DNA of 64,000 nucleotides from Basidiobolus meristosporus CBS 931.73 (lineage: Eukaryota > Fungi > Basidiobolomycota), in the NCBI GenBank assembly GCA_002104905.1, contig MCFE01000202.1, positions 62,001-126,000 on the forward strand, read 5' to 3'. A program made the translations under genes and the position numbers. The notes under the pieces were generated by a model. The model was not told the origin of the DNA. It was given only the letters and a program-made list of their open reading frames with translations, and made no database searches. Numbering within the stretch: position 1 is the stretch's first letter; the number at the start of each line of letters is the position of its first letter. Below are positions 1 to 13,307 of this stretch, piece after piece.

Positions 1-545
1 TTCTCTTTCTAAGGCACTGGTTTGATGTATGTGCTTTTCTTTTGCAGTTGCTGTAAAAGAAGTTTCTGTTGCCTTCAACAGGTTCTGGGTACCTGCTTTG
101 CTGGCTTTCATCTCTTATTAGCACATTTACTACTTCCTTCTTATTGGGACATGTTTTTCTTAATTCTTCATACAGGGGCCTTCTATATACAGTTCTGGAC
201 TCTTGGGCTAATACCAGGCCATGAAACCTTTCTGTCAGGCAATTCAGGAGGGAAACTATCACATTCTCATCAGTAGCTGATGTTGCAATAGATTTCATCT
301 CATCAACTAACAGAGTGACACTGTCAATGATATTTTTAATTCCTTTTCCTTACACTTGGTTTGTGGCAAAGAACTGAGGCCAATGTGGCTATGAGCACTT
401 TGTTCTTTCTTCTGATACTTAAGGCTTCTTCATTTTTAGGAGGTTATTATCACCACATAGTAAAGCTCTAAAGGCCTCTTTCCTGTGATGGCATCTCCAT
501 CATTACCTTCCACACTTGGTAGTTCAATCCATCAAACTTTTAAAA
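1..545 (-). mobile_element. Degenerate copia-like gag remnant
   Basis: Minus strand at ~506-537 reads FDGLNYQVWK, matching the copia gag N-terminal DGxNYxxW motif (compare LDGSNY at ~1535 in the neighbouring element). CpG-free, many stops. Confidence 0.3.
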
Positions 546-1110
546 GGAGGGAATATTCCAGTAGTGGCAGTAGTTGAAATAATAGGGAATGACAGCTTGG
601 GGCTCAAAATCTGTCTGAAGAGTTCTGGAGATACTGGAAGTGGCTGGGAGAATAGGTGTATAGCATGGCTCTCACTTATTGCTTATTGAATGTAAAAGTA
701 ATATTTATACTGTTATATAGACTTGGCATTACAGACACTCTAAATATGTTAAGGAAGGTCTCAAGAACAGGTGTGCAGGCTGTTTGGACCATCCTGGGAA
801 TTTTTGTACTCAGGGTCCCTGATGTCTTTGATAATATTCCAAGTCCCAATAACAAACTTGGTTGGTCTTCTCTAAGATTTGTATGTAATGATTGAAGTGG
901 CCAAGTTAGGCAAATATATAGGTGGAATAACCATTTTTACAACATATTGCAGCTGCCACTATATCAGTGCTATACTTCATTTTGCTTGGTGTACTGAACA
1001 ATGAACCTTGCTTCACCCTTTAGGAGTCTCAAACAGAGTAGATGTGTGGCAAGAAAGGAAATATGAGCCAAGTTGCAGGTAAAGCCCTATCCTATATGCA
1101 TCACAAGTAT

Positions 1111-1456
1111 TATTATAAGCTCTGTGATTCTACCTATGTACTAACCTAACTTAGTCACTTGTACTATTTCCAACAAATCTTAGTGAGCACTGACTAAATT
1201 TCTTGCTAGGGTTTACTTAGAAAATTTCACCCAAACATCAGGTACCCAGAATAAGGAAGTTCTAAAAGTTGCCCAAATAGCCCCAAACCTTGCACACATG
1301 TTGTTGGGACCTTCCTAAGAATACTTTACATGGTTTTAATGCCAAGTCTATGTAAAAGTATAAGCACTATGTGTATGCACAATATATCATTAAGTGAAAA
1401 CCACATAATTTATTGTTCTCCCAATCACTTCTAATATCACCAAGACTCTTACAACA
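1111..1456 (+). repeat. 5' LTR of copia element
   Basis: Ends CTTACAACA; aligns along its length with 4851-5196; start TGTTGTA has decayed to TATTATA. Confidence 0.8.
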
Positions 1457-1470
1457 GGTTATGAGCCCCA
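1457..1470 (+). promoter_or_regulatory. Copia primer-binding site
   Basis: GGTTATGAGCCC immediately after the LTR, one mismatch from the GGTTATGGGCCC copia PBS (internal tRNAi-Met fragment priming). Confidence 0.8.
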
Positions 1471-4400
1471 AGATTCCACTCTCTGTAACATGTACTACTG
1501 CTATTACTGGAATTTTTTCCTGCTGCTGAAAAGTTGGATGGATCTAACTATTAAGTTTACAAAATGAGGATGAAGAAGCTGATACAAGAAAAAGACCTTT
1601 GGGATATTGTCATGGGAGAAGAATGTCCACCTAAAAACTTAGGAGAGGAAGCCTTTGGGTACCACAATAAAGAGCTATGTGCCTTTATCTGCATTTGCCT
1701 TAATATTGGAGACAAATTGATAATTCAATGCTCAAGAGCAAAAGCAGCAAAGAATACGTGGAAGACATTAGAAGACTCATACCAGTCATTTTCAGCTGAT
1801 CAGAAAATATATCTTAGACAAAAATCTCTTATTACAAAGGTGCTGCTTGGTGAAGAACTGAAAATCTAGTTAATAGAGTTACCTTGTGAGTTAATGAGAC
1901 GCAATCTGTGGGCATATTTACTAATGCAAATGTGCTAGTTACCATTCTGAATAGCCTGACAGATGTGTCTCAGGGTCTTGTATCAGCCCTGGAGTCAAGA
2001 ACTGAAGATTCAACCTTATACTATATGAAAGGAGTACTCCAGGATGAAAATTAAGAAATAAAAGTTCCAATATTGCTTTGGGTATCAGAGATCAGAAATT
2101 AGACAAGTTAACTTATATATCTTCATATATGCATGCAAATATAAGTAGTTCAATCAAAGAAACACCAATACTTTGACATAGGAGATTTGGATGCATCAAT
2201 TCTGATTATTTGAGCAAAATGGTCAGAGATTGGCTAATTTCTGGAGTAAAAGCTGATCCTCTGGCTATTTTGAAGCACTGTGAAGCCTGCATACATGGGA
2301 AACAAACCACACAACTGTTCAAGAGCTTGGGGTTAATCAAAACTAAGTAAAAATTAAATCTAATTCCCACAGTTCTGTGTGGACCTATGCAAAGTTTATC
2401 CATAGGGGGATGAAGTAAACAATCACTCTTATTGATAATTATACCAGATATACATTGGTGTACTTCATGGAAAGAACGGTAGAGGCTCTCTCTAAGCTCA
2501 GGGAGCTTAAAGCCACAGTGGCAAGAGAAACAGGTGAGAATTCAAGAAACTATGTTTAGGCCATGGTTGTGCATAACACTCAAAATTCTTTGTCCATTTA
2601 TGCAAATTCATGAAATAAAGCAAGAAACTACTGTACCATGCTCCCCACAGCCAAATGAAGTAGCAGAATGCGCAAACAGATCAGAATTTGACATGGCAAG
2701 CTCTATGACCTATGATCAAAGCTTTTTCAATAATTTTTGCACAGAATCAGTTGGCACAGATGTATGTCTTAAGAGCTGGAGTCAGAGCAGAATGCTTTAT
2801 GATCTTACTCCATCTGAACTATTGTTTGGACTCAGGGCAGGTGCAGAACATCTAAGAGTACTTGGGAATACAGCATAAGCTAGGAAACTGCCCAGAAACT
2901 AGTAAAAAGTATAGCCAAAAAGTGCAAAATGCACATCTTTGGGCTGGTGCAATAAGAGTAATTCATACAGACTCTACAATACCAAAGCAAAGATGCTGCT
3001 CAAGTAAAGGGATGTGTTGTTTGATGAAAAATCAAACTTTATACAAAAATGACATCAGATGATGACAAAAACCTGATCTTAAGTTCACCAATGGTTAGGA
3101 CTGAATCAGGGCAGAGCAATGCAAATATTTTGCTCCAGAGTACTCTACTACCATGGTTTAGCCTGAACCAGTGTCTAAGAATATTTCAGAAGTCATTTTT
3201 CCAGTATTACATGCCTGGGGATCCAACCATACCAGAAATAGCCCATATACAATATTAATAAGGGTACAAACTTAGCTTAGACCTATTTGGTTTATATTGA
3301 TGAGCCCCAAGCTGTAAAAGAGGTCCTAAATAACCCACAGACAAAGCTCTGGAGATCTGCAATGACTAGGCAGTATTAGGCCCTGATGAAAATCATACTT
3401 GGGACTGTGTCAAATTACCAAACAACCAAAAATCAATTGGATGCAGATGGGTTTTCAAGATAAAATATAAAGCCAATGGTACAATGGAAAGATGTGAAGC
3501 AAGACTTGTGGCCAAAGAGTACTCTCAAATAAATGGACTTGGCTATACTGAGACCTTGGCATCAGGAGCCAAGTTTAATTCCTTTAAAATAAAACTGACT
3601 GTTGCAGCCAAATATAAGTTCTTTTTACAACAAATGGATGTAAACACTCTATGTTTGTATGGTAAACTTGAATAGAATATGTACATTGACCAACTTGATG
3701 GGTTCATTTACCAAGATAGCCTCTATTTGGTCTGCAGGGTTAAAATATCTATATAGTCTCAAACAATTACCAAGAGCCTGAAATTGCACAATAGATTCTT
3801 ATTTGGAATCCTGAAGTTTCCAAAGGAGTATGGCAGACTGTAGAGTTGGCTATAAGCTAAGTATAGCAAATCCAGCTCTATATGTGGATGATCTTATTGT
3901 AGCCACCAATAACCTAGAAACACTGGATGAGACTGAATTCAACCTATCTAAGGGGTTCAAGATGTCTGATCTGGTGGAACACAGTTGCTACATAGGTATA
4001 AGGTTTCCTACAGACAAAGGTACCCAGATTATCACCCTAAGTCAATCCAGGTATACTCAGGATATACTATAGAAATACCAAATGGAGAACTGTAAACCAG
4101 CAACTGCCATAAGGGAGGCAAACTTTAACTTGGTCAAAACTCAACCAAATCAACAAGGCTTGGTGCCATCTGAAGGCCCAGAGTTTCCTCTCCAATCTAT
4201 GGTCAGCAGTCTGATGATTTCATGCTTTGAGCACATCCAGATATCTCATATTAAGTGGGGGTTGTCAGGCAGCATAATCAGAGCAATGGATACAATTATT
4301 TTACAGTAGTTAAGCGGATATTTAGATACCTAGAGGGAATTGCTAATATATGCTTAAAGTACACCTATATAGATTCAGCACAGAATCTTGTGAGCTACTC

Positions 4401-4850
4401 TGATGCTGATTGGGGACACAATTTAGAAGACAGAAGATGCCCCACAGGACACACCTTACTTTACTCTACAGGAGCATTTTCATGGAATTCAAGAAAGGAG
4501 CCAACTGTGGCACTGTCCAGCCCAGAGGCAAAATATATGGCAGCCTGTGAGGCTACAAATAAAGCAATGTGGCTAAAAAAGCTTTTAGCAACTTAGACCT
4601 ATGTCAAAAAATTCCTATTGCTTTATTTTCAGATAATCAAGGATGTAAACAATTAAGTAGAGATCTAACTGTTCATGCTAGAGCTAACCACAACAATAGT
4701 TGACATCATATCATACTTGAAGCTATAGAGGCTAACATAGTATACATAGTTTACTGTCCTACAGATGAAATGATTGCAGACATATTTACTGAGCCATAAG
4801 CTAGAGACAAACTTGTATATCTTAGGTCACAATTTGGACTAGTCAGTATA

Positions 4851-5196
4851 TGTTGTAAAAGTTGGTAATACCACCTAAATACTGACCTAACTTTGCTACT
4901 GAGATCATTACCTACAAGTCTAAGAGAATACTGACCAAATTCCTTGTTGGGATCTACTTAAATATTTTTATCAAGACATCAGGTACCCAGAATATGAAAA
5001 CTCTTAAAGCTGCTCAAAGAGTGCAAGGCTTTGAACACATGCTCTTAGAACCCTCCTAAGCATATTGATGTGCTTGTTATGCCAAGATCATGTAAAGGTA
5101 AAAATACTACTTTACATTCAATAAATCATTGAGTGAAAACAATACAATCAACCTGTTCTCCAAATCATTTCCAGTATCTCTAAGATTCTTACAACA
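4851..5196 (+). repeat. 3' LTR of copia element
   Basis: TGTTG...CAACA termini, 346 bp. The polypurine tract seen in the 35 kb copy is deleted here. Confidence 0.85.
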
Positions 5197-5299
5197 GCAA
5201 GGAGACTCCTATGCCTTTGGCATTATGAATTCAAGTACCCCCAATGCATAGTAATCCGTTGAGCAAGGCAACACTGGGTTGGATGCAACAAGCAGCTAA

Positions 5300-7700
5300 T
5301 CTTCAATAGGATAACTTTGCCAAAGTATGCTGGGTATATCTTGGGTGCAAGTCAATTCTTACACCTTTCAATATGGATTTAAAACAAAAGAAACCAGGCT
5401 GCAACTATCAGTGGGACTAGAATTTGGCAGGGAGAAGGAATATATTGGTCAAGTAGTGTAGAGTATTTTGCTATGGTTGCAAGATGTATATGTTGCCAGC
5501 AACACTAGACATATGGTAACTTTGCAAGCATCACATTGAGGAGTTCTAAAGTTGAGGTGATAGATGTTTGTCAATTGCCTCAGGTGTATGCATATGCAGA
5601 GGCTAGTAAGCAGGAGGCCACAGTTCTTTTTGACTCAAAATATGTGTATGAAATATCTGTGGTTGTAGTGGGTAAGCAAATAAAGAGCCATGATTCTGCA
5701 GTAGAATATAGGAATGGCACAAGGGGAGGTAGAGAAGTGAAACACCATTTGGTACAGTGGTATGGTAGCATTGTACAGGACTGGCTCTAGGCCATTATAC
5801 TGCCATGATGATGCCACAAGAGATCTGCACAAAGGTTGCTAAGTCACTGTTAAACCTTCTACTATATAAGGCAACCGCATTCATTGGCCAGTTAGGTCAG
5901 CACAAATACTTGCAGACCACATTAGGACCACTGTAATGGCATGCAAACCTTGCCAAAACACTGTCACATTCATCACAATATTTGGCAGTAAAAACAGCAA
6001 AATATTGTCTCAGTCAAACCATTGGATCACAAGAAGGGTCAAGAATATCAAGCTGCAGGCATTAGGGCAGCCTCATTGCAAAATCCTTGTGGTTGATGTG
6101 GAGTGGATCCACTTGTGGGAACAGATTCTTTCTGTAGGGAAAGCCACAGGGCTCCTGCCAAAGATATGCACAAAGAATGTCAAGGCTAAGACACATGGTG
6201 AGTGATGGGTCTTAGTAGAGTTACTTGTTAGGTATGTGGTATGGATCAATGTTGGCATTGTGTATGGGGACTTATGTACATCCATCCAGTTTACAATCAA
6301 GTAACACCCAAAGATTCATCAGAAACTAACCAGTTTGAATGCATCAAAAGTAAGAGCACCAGTTGAGTGCATAAGTAAGAGGTGCAAAAAAAGGCAATGC
6401 AAATTAATGTACACACATTCAGAAGACAATTGTGTGGCTGGTATCAGAAAGTGAGAGAAATGGCAGGGAACCAATCAGAAGCAACTTGAGGACTGTTGTG
6501 ATGAAACATTGTGGCCAAGTTTTTTGCAAAATCTGAAGTGCAATTTTTTCCCAACAGTTTTTGCATGGTGTCCTAATGGTGTCATTAACTATTGGTCATG
6601 GGATTTGAATTTTGTGATGGTCTTTTGACAGGGTTATCAGACTGATTTTTCATAAAGTGTTTCAGCAAGCATCTCCTGGTTGCAGTATTACCAAATAGTC
6701 CATGCAATCCCATCCCCCTCAGGTATCTGTTAATCTGATAAGCCTAGGCTTGAACAAGCAGTTTACCTTGTACCCTGGCTTGCCTTGTTAGACCAGACTT
6801 TGCTCCTTTCCTGATGAGCCCTTGCCTTACCCCCTGCCCTGTGACTATTCACCACACCTTTCATATAGGTGACTTAACACAAGGTCTGTTGCACTGGGCT
6901 TTAGAGGTAATAGAGAGTCCTGTAACTTGTCTGCCAGACTACTTATGAGAATAACCATCTGGGCTTTCTCAGTGGTTTGCACTCCAGTTGATTCCATCTC
7001 ATCAACCAACAGGATCATTCAGTTGATTGGGCTTCTCATTTTGTCTCCTTGCAGCATTGTTGTGGCCCAGAGTTTTTGTCAAGGTTGGGATCTTTTGGTG
7101 GCTGAACATGACTGCTAGATGTCTTTCAGCACCTTTTAGGAGGTCTTTGCCATTCCTGCTCTTAAGCCATGGTAAACAGTTTGTGTCTGATGTCAAGGCT
7201 AAGGCAGTTGAAGACATTAGGCTCTTTATTCTGGTGTTTTAAAGCTGCTTTGCCTACATCTTCAGAAGGACATTCCTCCCCCCCCCCCCTACAACAACAT
7301 ATCAAGGGCCTCTTCATTCTAGCATTTGAGACTTGGTAGGTCAACCAATCAACTTTTCAGACAAAGGAGAAATTCTGGCAGGTGGCAGTGTTGGGTGTGC
7401 TGGAGAGTGGTGACTTAGACCCATAGACTGTTGGAAGAGTCTTGGAGGAACTAATAGTGATTGGAAGCACAAGTAGATTCCCTGAATTTCACTTGAGAAC
7501 TGGCTATATGGAAAAGTGAGATTCACACTTTTTGATGGTCTTGGATGCATATCATAAACATGGTTTCTCTGGAGCTGGAAATGGCAGGTTGGTATCTTCA
7601 GGTGTACCCAAACTCTTGAGCATTGGATCCACCAATGTCTTTGATTCAAAGGCAGATGAGGCCAAAAGGCCATTGTTCCTTCTTCAGGTCTGCCCAGCCT
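5300..7700 (-). mobile_element. Degenerate Penelope-like (non-LTR) reverse transcriptase remnant
   Basis: Minus-strand fragments in RT order: KIQIP*PIV (~6590-6622; cf. KxHKxxxPxRPIV), MDVHKSPYT (cf. DVxSLYT), FGRSPVAFP (cf. GxPMGSP), KYCDE (cf. RYVDD). CpG-depleted. Boundaries approximate. Confidence 0.45.
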
Positions 7701-9404
7701 GCGGGAGAGCACGGTTGGGGGACCAGTGATTCTGGTGGTTGCTCTCCTCAGGGAGATTTTGGGATCCGCTCATGGTAGACATCCGGCATGAGTTCCAACC
7801 ATGGTGTGATGTGTTCGATGGCCTCCAAAGCGTGACCTTCGCACTTCCAGAATCGACAGATCAGCGTGTGCTTGACTTGGAAGCAAGCCGTGGAGCCGAC
7901 TCGACTTCCACATGCGTCGTGACTTGGTGCGGGGCCCGATCGGTGGCATCCCTAACATCGACCATGGTGGGGATCGAGGGGATTCGGTAGGACCTGGAAT
8001 GGAAGCGACCCAAATCTTCGGTGGTGTCCGAGTGGTCCCGGATTCCCCTCCCCCACCCCTATGTTCCACCGGATCTGCCGACTGAATCTTCCAGAATGTT
8101 TCCAACAGGGCTCCCGTTTGAGAGCGGGAGGGGACAAGCCAATCTGGTGTAAAGGGTGATACAAGCCAGGCTTGGGAAGGGGCGGATGGGGGAGGGGGAT
8201 GGTTTCAGGGAAAGCTTTGGCTCTGTCGCATGCAACTCCCTCCTGGCCACTTGTATGGGTGATGCTTGGGCCGTGGTTCGTTGCGCAAACGACCACCGGC
8301 GCTCGTCCATGTGGCCACTGCGGAACCTTCTGGTGGTGACGCAGGAGCCACGGTGCATTCTGCCAAGCATTGCGACTGGAGGGGGGATCACCCAGCGGCA
8401 GCCTGTGGACCCCGTTCCCACCAAGTGTTAGGGGTCAGCTTAGCTTGCACTCCTCGCCTCGTAGTTGGTGGCTAATGGCTGAGGAGGCATTACGAACTTA
8501 CACGGTGTTAACAGCAACCGAATGATGGCTGTATGGGGCTCGGATCCCGGGCGTTGATGCTCGATTGACATGAGTGGTCACGGCCAAATCCACCCAGATG
8601 GCCGAGGTCCCAGGTTGGCCCCCGGCGGATTTTCTACTCCGATTTCCAGAAGCCCGATGACGCAGGTGGTCTGGATGCACCTCACCCAGCCCCCCCCCCT
8701 GCCGTCCCTTAAGATGGTCAATGGAGGATCGGTGGGAACCTACCCAACAGTGGTTCCAGTCGGGGAAACTTGAGCGTGACCACTCCCCTTGCTTATTACC
8801 AACGGGCACTGACCGGCGGAGATTGGCTGGTCGTGAGTTCCATGCACATCCAGTGATATGTAGGCGGGATGCAGGGGGGAGGTGCATGCATGAAACGCGC
8901 GGTCACAACAAACCATGGACCCGGATCCAGCCTAGGTGTGGCGAAGGTTCCAGAGAGAAGCGAGGTTTATTGAACGCGATGCATGTGCAGTGCTTAAGAA
9001 TAGTGGGTCTCTACTAAGGAAAAGGAAAGCGACCTGGGCCGGGGCACTGAAAGAGAAGGGAACGGAAGGGAAGAGGGGGGCGGAGGTGGAGGTGAAGGTG
9101 AAGGTGAAGATGGGATGATGATAGGAGAGGGGGATGCGGCACTGGGTGGTTAGGAATCATTGGAAGAAGTTTCACGAAAGAATTGACTGCTGACTGATTT
9201 TGGCCCACATAGTCACGGAGTATATCTACAATTTACGAGTACACACCACCCGGGGGGGGGGTTAATATGCTGGGTTCTAAGCAACCTACTGAAGCCATGG
9301 GGAGGGGGGGGGACAGGGAAATCCAGGTTGGAAGTATTCAGGGTGCGGATTGCGTATGGGGCCTACACATCCCCATTTGCCGGTCACGTTGGGAATTGGT
9401 GGGC

Positions 9405-11106
9405 TCAAGCGACTAGGTGGGATTCGTAACGAAACTTCCCTAGCTCCTGCTCAGTGGGTGTTACCGGAGGGGTGTCGAGGGCTTCCAGGATTTGCTGGGC
9501 GATGGGCAGGTGGTCCTCCTCAACCTAAAGCGATTGTTACTAGGGGACATTGGGAGAGCTGACTCGAGGCCGTCCACTTACCAGCACATTGGCGCATTGG
9601 GTGGTACTTAGGTAGATGAGATTGATACCAGCATCGCTGAGGGGGTTGGACATGGAGTGGACGATTCCGTACCGGTCGCATACTAAAACATTCGTTAGTA
9701 CCGGATGCACTTGGCAAGGCCGAGAGCCGAGTAAACCAACCCTCACCGAAAATTGAAAGGTCGATCTGAATCAACCTCATGGGCAGTCTGGTCAGGCTCA
9801 TGTTGATCATGTAATGTTCGAACTGGGCCAAAACGCTTTCCTCCACGATCAGGGAGATCCCATCCTCGGTAGCAGTGAAGGACACGAATCGAGACTTGGT
9901 GCTTCTGTGGAGCAGGGTGGCGGTTAGTATCGGAAATGCGGTGGTGGGAACCGTCGGGATTACCTGAAGTCCTCCTCAAGCTCGGGGTAGAGTAGAATGC
10001 GGATCAACGTCATGGCCCAATTATCTCGGTACTCCTTGTCCAATCCGACCAGTCGAAGCTTGTGCTTCGTGACGATCTTGGTACATTGTCGACGAACCTG
10101 GACGATGATATCTTGCTCAAGCAAGTTGCCGTTGCCAAGGTTTTCCATCGACTCCAGGCTGGTGGGCGGTTGCTCCAAATTGAAGCTCCCTGCGGGGATC
10201 TCCATAGGGAATGGGGACTCGGGAGGGGTGGCTAGCTCCACTGTGTCAAGATCGATGAAGTCGAACCCGCAGGCTTGCAAAGTCTCTACGGCGAACGGGA
10301 TCCGTTTTTCCTTGATCTGCGAAATGAAAAGTTCCGTGAGTACTCTACCCCCACCGAGACCAACCGGTTCCTAGCCCACTTACAAGGAAATAATCGGTTT
10401 GATAGGTCGACAAATAGAATATACTGATTCCAGCTCTAGCGAGGGGGCCTGTGAGTTCGTTGATTCGTCGCGAATTGAGCTCTAGAAATACGGTCAGCGA
10501 AAGGGTTGATGGGGTTCGGGAAAACAAGCGCATACCCATTCCGTAAGCGTTATCAATCTCTAGTACCCGAAATATGTCTTCGCAGATCTTTATCCCGGGA
10601 GTGGACTTCAACGCCGGGGATTGCAAGAAGTCCTTCTCCACGGAAACGACGTCGGCGATGATGGAGATCTCGGAGACATTCTCGGTGTAACTGAAAAAGC
10701 TGTCCCGTCTACGGTGGGAACAGGTCGGTCGAGAGAAAAGTGGCGAGGCGAGAGGCAACGAAGAGGTGAAAGGTGAGTCGGAGGAGCAGTAAGCACAGGT
10801 TTCAACGAGCGGGTGGTGTAGATAAAAAAAGAAAAATGGTTAACAATTGGCCCGCAAATAGTACGTTCACTGATAAACCGAGTTCCAAAACAAGCACTGA
10901 TCAAACAACCCCGTGGTCAGGAAAGGTTAACTCCACTGAACCCACCAAAACTACGAAAACAAAACGGGGGAAATAGTCGAAGCTGAATGGTGTATTAACC
11001 TTGAGGGGAAGAAGGTGTTTTTCACGATGGCGTGTGTCCACAGTGGCCGGGAACTGATAGGGAAGCTGAGAATGCGCACACGCGCGGGAAGAATGGAAAT
11101 GTTCAT
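9405..11106 (-). CDS. CASTOR/GATS-like tandem ACT-domain protein (multi-exon)
   Basis: Exon 1 MNISILPARVRILSFPISSRPLWTHAIVKNTFFP resembles the CASTOR N-terminus; FFSYTEN..EISII, PLARAGISIFYLSTYQTDYFLV and PLSDAGINLIYLST are ACT_7 motifs; GT-AG introns; last exon ends ..ESHLVA* at 9405. Confidence 0.85.
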
Positions 11107-11750
11107 GGGCTCAACGATAGTATATTTAAAGCACTCTGCTAGCACGCAATCGAAGGGAGGTGGGCAGGGGGAAGGTCGAGGTGTGTATAGGAATATTCAC
11201 AAGTGGCACGTACGAACGCCACAGAGAAAAATAGAGAAATCCAGGTTGCGACACTTGGGAGGAGCTGGGTAAAATTTATAAAATCGGAAAAAGGAGAATC
11301 AGAAACATGCCTCATCGAAGGGGGTTGATTGAATCCCATACATCATCCACTGAGCATTCACACATCCTTATTTACTTCAATTCCACAAATACCCCATTCG
11401 CACTCGCTCTTGCACTTAAGCTTCTGTCATTAGCTATCTTTGTGCTGCCATCGGTGCAATAGCGTATCGGAGTTTGGACTGGGTTTGGGTGAAACAACAT
11501 TCATTGAAACATTCACGTAGATCAGTCATCATGACCCATTGTTAGTAATCCGATTCAGGAATTGGTTATCTCCGAAGTCTTCCGCAAGATATGTGACTGC
11601 AGCCATACTTCGTATCTGTCGCTTCAGACATATTCTAGAATGAGGGGCTCACCATTCCTGGCCGTCTATTCTGGAATACATCCACAGCGTATCACATCCA
11701 ACCCGAACATATCAATTGCAACATGCAAATAGCTTCGTTGAGTGGATTTC

Positions 11751-12840
11751 ATGGCGACCAATTCAAAGACCAAACTTTATGTCAAAGGGAACGACGAGGA
11801 AGACTGGAATCACCGATCAGCCTTACCAGTCGCTACGGCAGACGTGGATCTTGATGGGCCTCCCACAACTGGTGAAGAGTACCTGAGGATGGTTCGGTAG
11901 GTCGCCTAGAACAACCTGCCCATCCCCACCCATTAAGCTTTTTTCTCTGTTTGAAGCATGGAAGCCAATAATCGACCAAGTGTATTCATCGCCAAAAACA
12001 AGCCGTCTACTTCCATTCCAACCTCCATACCAAAAACCCCTAGAGAAGCGGAAAAGGTCAAAGGACAACCGGTTAGCCGAGTACCGTCACCAGAATGGCG
12101 AGAGGCGTTCAAGCTACGATTTAGTCGGCTGCGTAAAGTAACGGAACTTTTTGGGTATGCGCCTTGTAGACAATGGATGTTGATGTTGCTTTAAACTTTA
12201 GACTGTCGAGGAGAGAAGGAAAACCATAAAGTCGTCAAGCCGCATTGAGGGCTTGCCAGGCATAAAAGATGAAACAGCGTGGCTTGGTCTTCTCTACGGG
12301 GATTCCTCAAAGGCTGAGACTCCCGCAGAAGCTCAACCATTGCTGCCATACGCATCCGTTGTGCTAAAAATGGACCAGGTACTAGGTTGAATACGGAGTA
12401 ACTTTTCCCAGCGAAACGCTAATCGATTTCCAACAAGAAAACAACGCTGGCCCTGCTGGAGTACCACATCGACTGGCTAGATGAGGACTCGCTCACCAAA
12501 AATCAAGTAAGCATTGCTTCGAAATCCGCCAAAGAATGGATCAAGGCTAACATTCATGCCAAGGCGCAATGGCTATTTGCCCTGCTTCTTCGTGTCGACA
12601 AATTGCTCACCTCCGACAGTATATCAACTCTTCGAGAGCTATGCCGCCAGTGGGGCGCCATACGCACCAACCTGGTAAGTGGTTTCCGTGGCGTTGTAGG
12701 CGCGGCCTCTGGCTAAAACCATTCCATCTCAGACAAACGGGACTGGTGAGCAAATAGCATCGTTGAACATGCTCATTAGCATTGTGATAGATTATTTCGG
12801 ACAACTTGATCTGTGGGAGGAGATTAACTCTGACGGATAA
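11751..12840 (+). CDS. GEMIN2: Gemin2 / SMN-interacting protein 1 (multi-exon)
   Basis: Spliced model has PPTTGEEYLRMVR, QWLFALLLRVDK and IDYFGQLDL, hallmark Gemin2 motifs; ATG 11751, TAA 12840. Confidence 0.88.
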
Positions 12841-13307
12841 TGTAAAATTAATGCCACCTCGGAGGATGAATCTTGAATAAATCGAATCAGAAACATAGCC
12901 AAGTTGGCGGAAATTCGGATTGTTTTTGTTATGAGTGTTGTCCACCAGAGAGGGTTAGATGGCTGATTGGCTCGGCGTGGAAAAACAAGGGACAAAACCC
13001 AATGACAACATGGCTGATTTGTTTACGCTCGATAGGATGTTTACACTTGAGTGATGGCTAATAAATAGTTTGTGCGGAGGATACCGGCCACACTTTACAT
13101 CTCCCACTGCTAGTTTACGAACATTAAGGAATAGCCACTGAAGAGCAAATAGAGGGTGGACTCATTCAACACATTCTACTAACCTTTCCTTTCATAGCAC
13201 CGCACGTTTTCAGGTAGGCTAGCCACAACCCCACCAAACATATATATATTCGGCCCGCCTAACCGATCCTGCTCTAGTTGTCCCTTCGACTTGCACAAAC
13301 GCGAACC

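Larger units (their letters stand above)
1111..5196 (+). mobile_element. Near-full-length degenerate Ty1/copia LTR retrotransposon
   Basis: Domains in copia order: gag (LDGSNY..MRMKKLIQEKDLWDIV), pre-integrase CEACIHGKQ (~2280), integrase core, RT (ERCEARLVAKEYSQ, LYVDDLIVA), RNase H (YSDADWG, EAKYMAAC). Bounded by two 346-bp LTRs. Many stops and frameshifts; no matching TSD. Confidence 0.92.

Noticed and set aside
1111-1117. RIP-like CpA>TpA change (TGTTGTA to TATTATA) at the LTR start
   Set aside because: Only two sites; CA/TG remain abundant in the repeats, and the dominant signal is CpG loss. A proper spectrum analysis is needed.
6811-6840. CTGATGAG hammerhead-ribozyme core in the Penelope-like region
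   Set aside because: Wrong strand relative to the element, and no stem II/GAAA partner.
12905-12985. E2F-like (TTTCCGCC) and CCAAT elements upstream of the Ki-67-like gene
   Set aside because: Short motifs expected by chance; no comparative support in the window.
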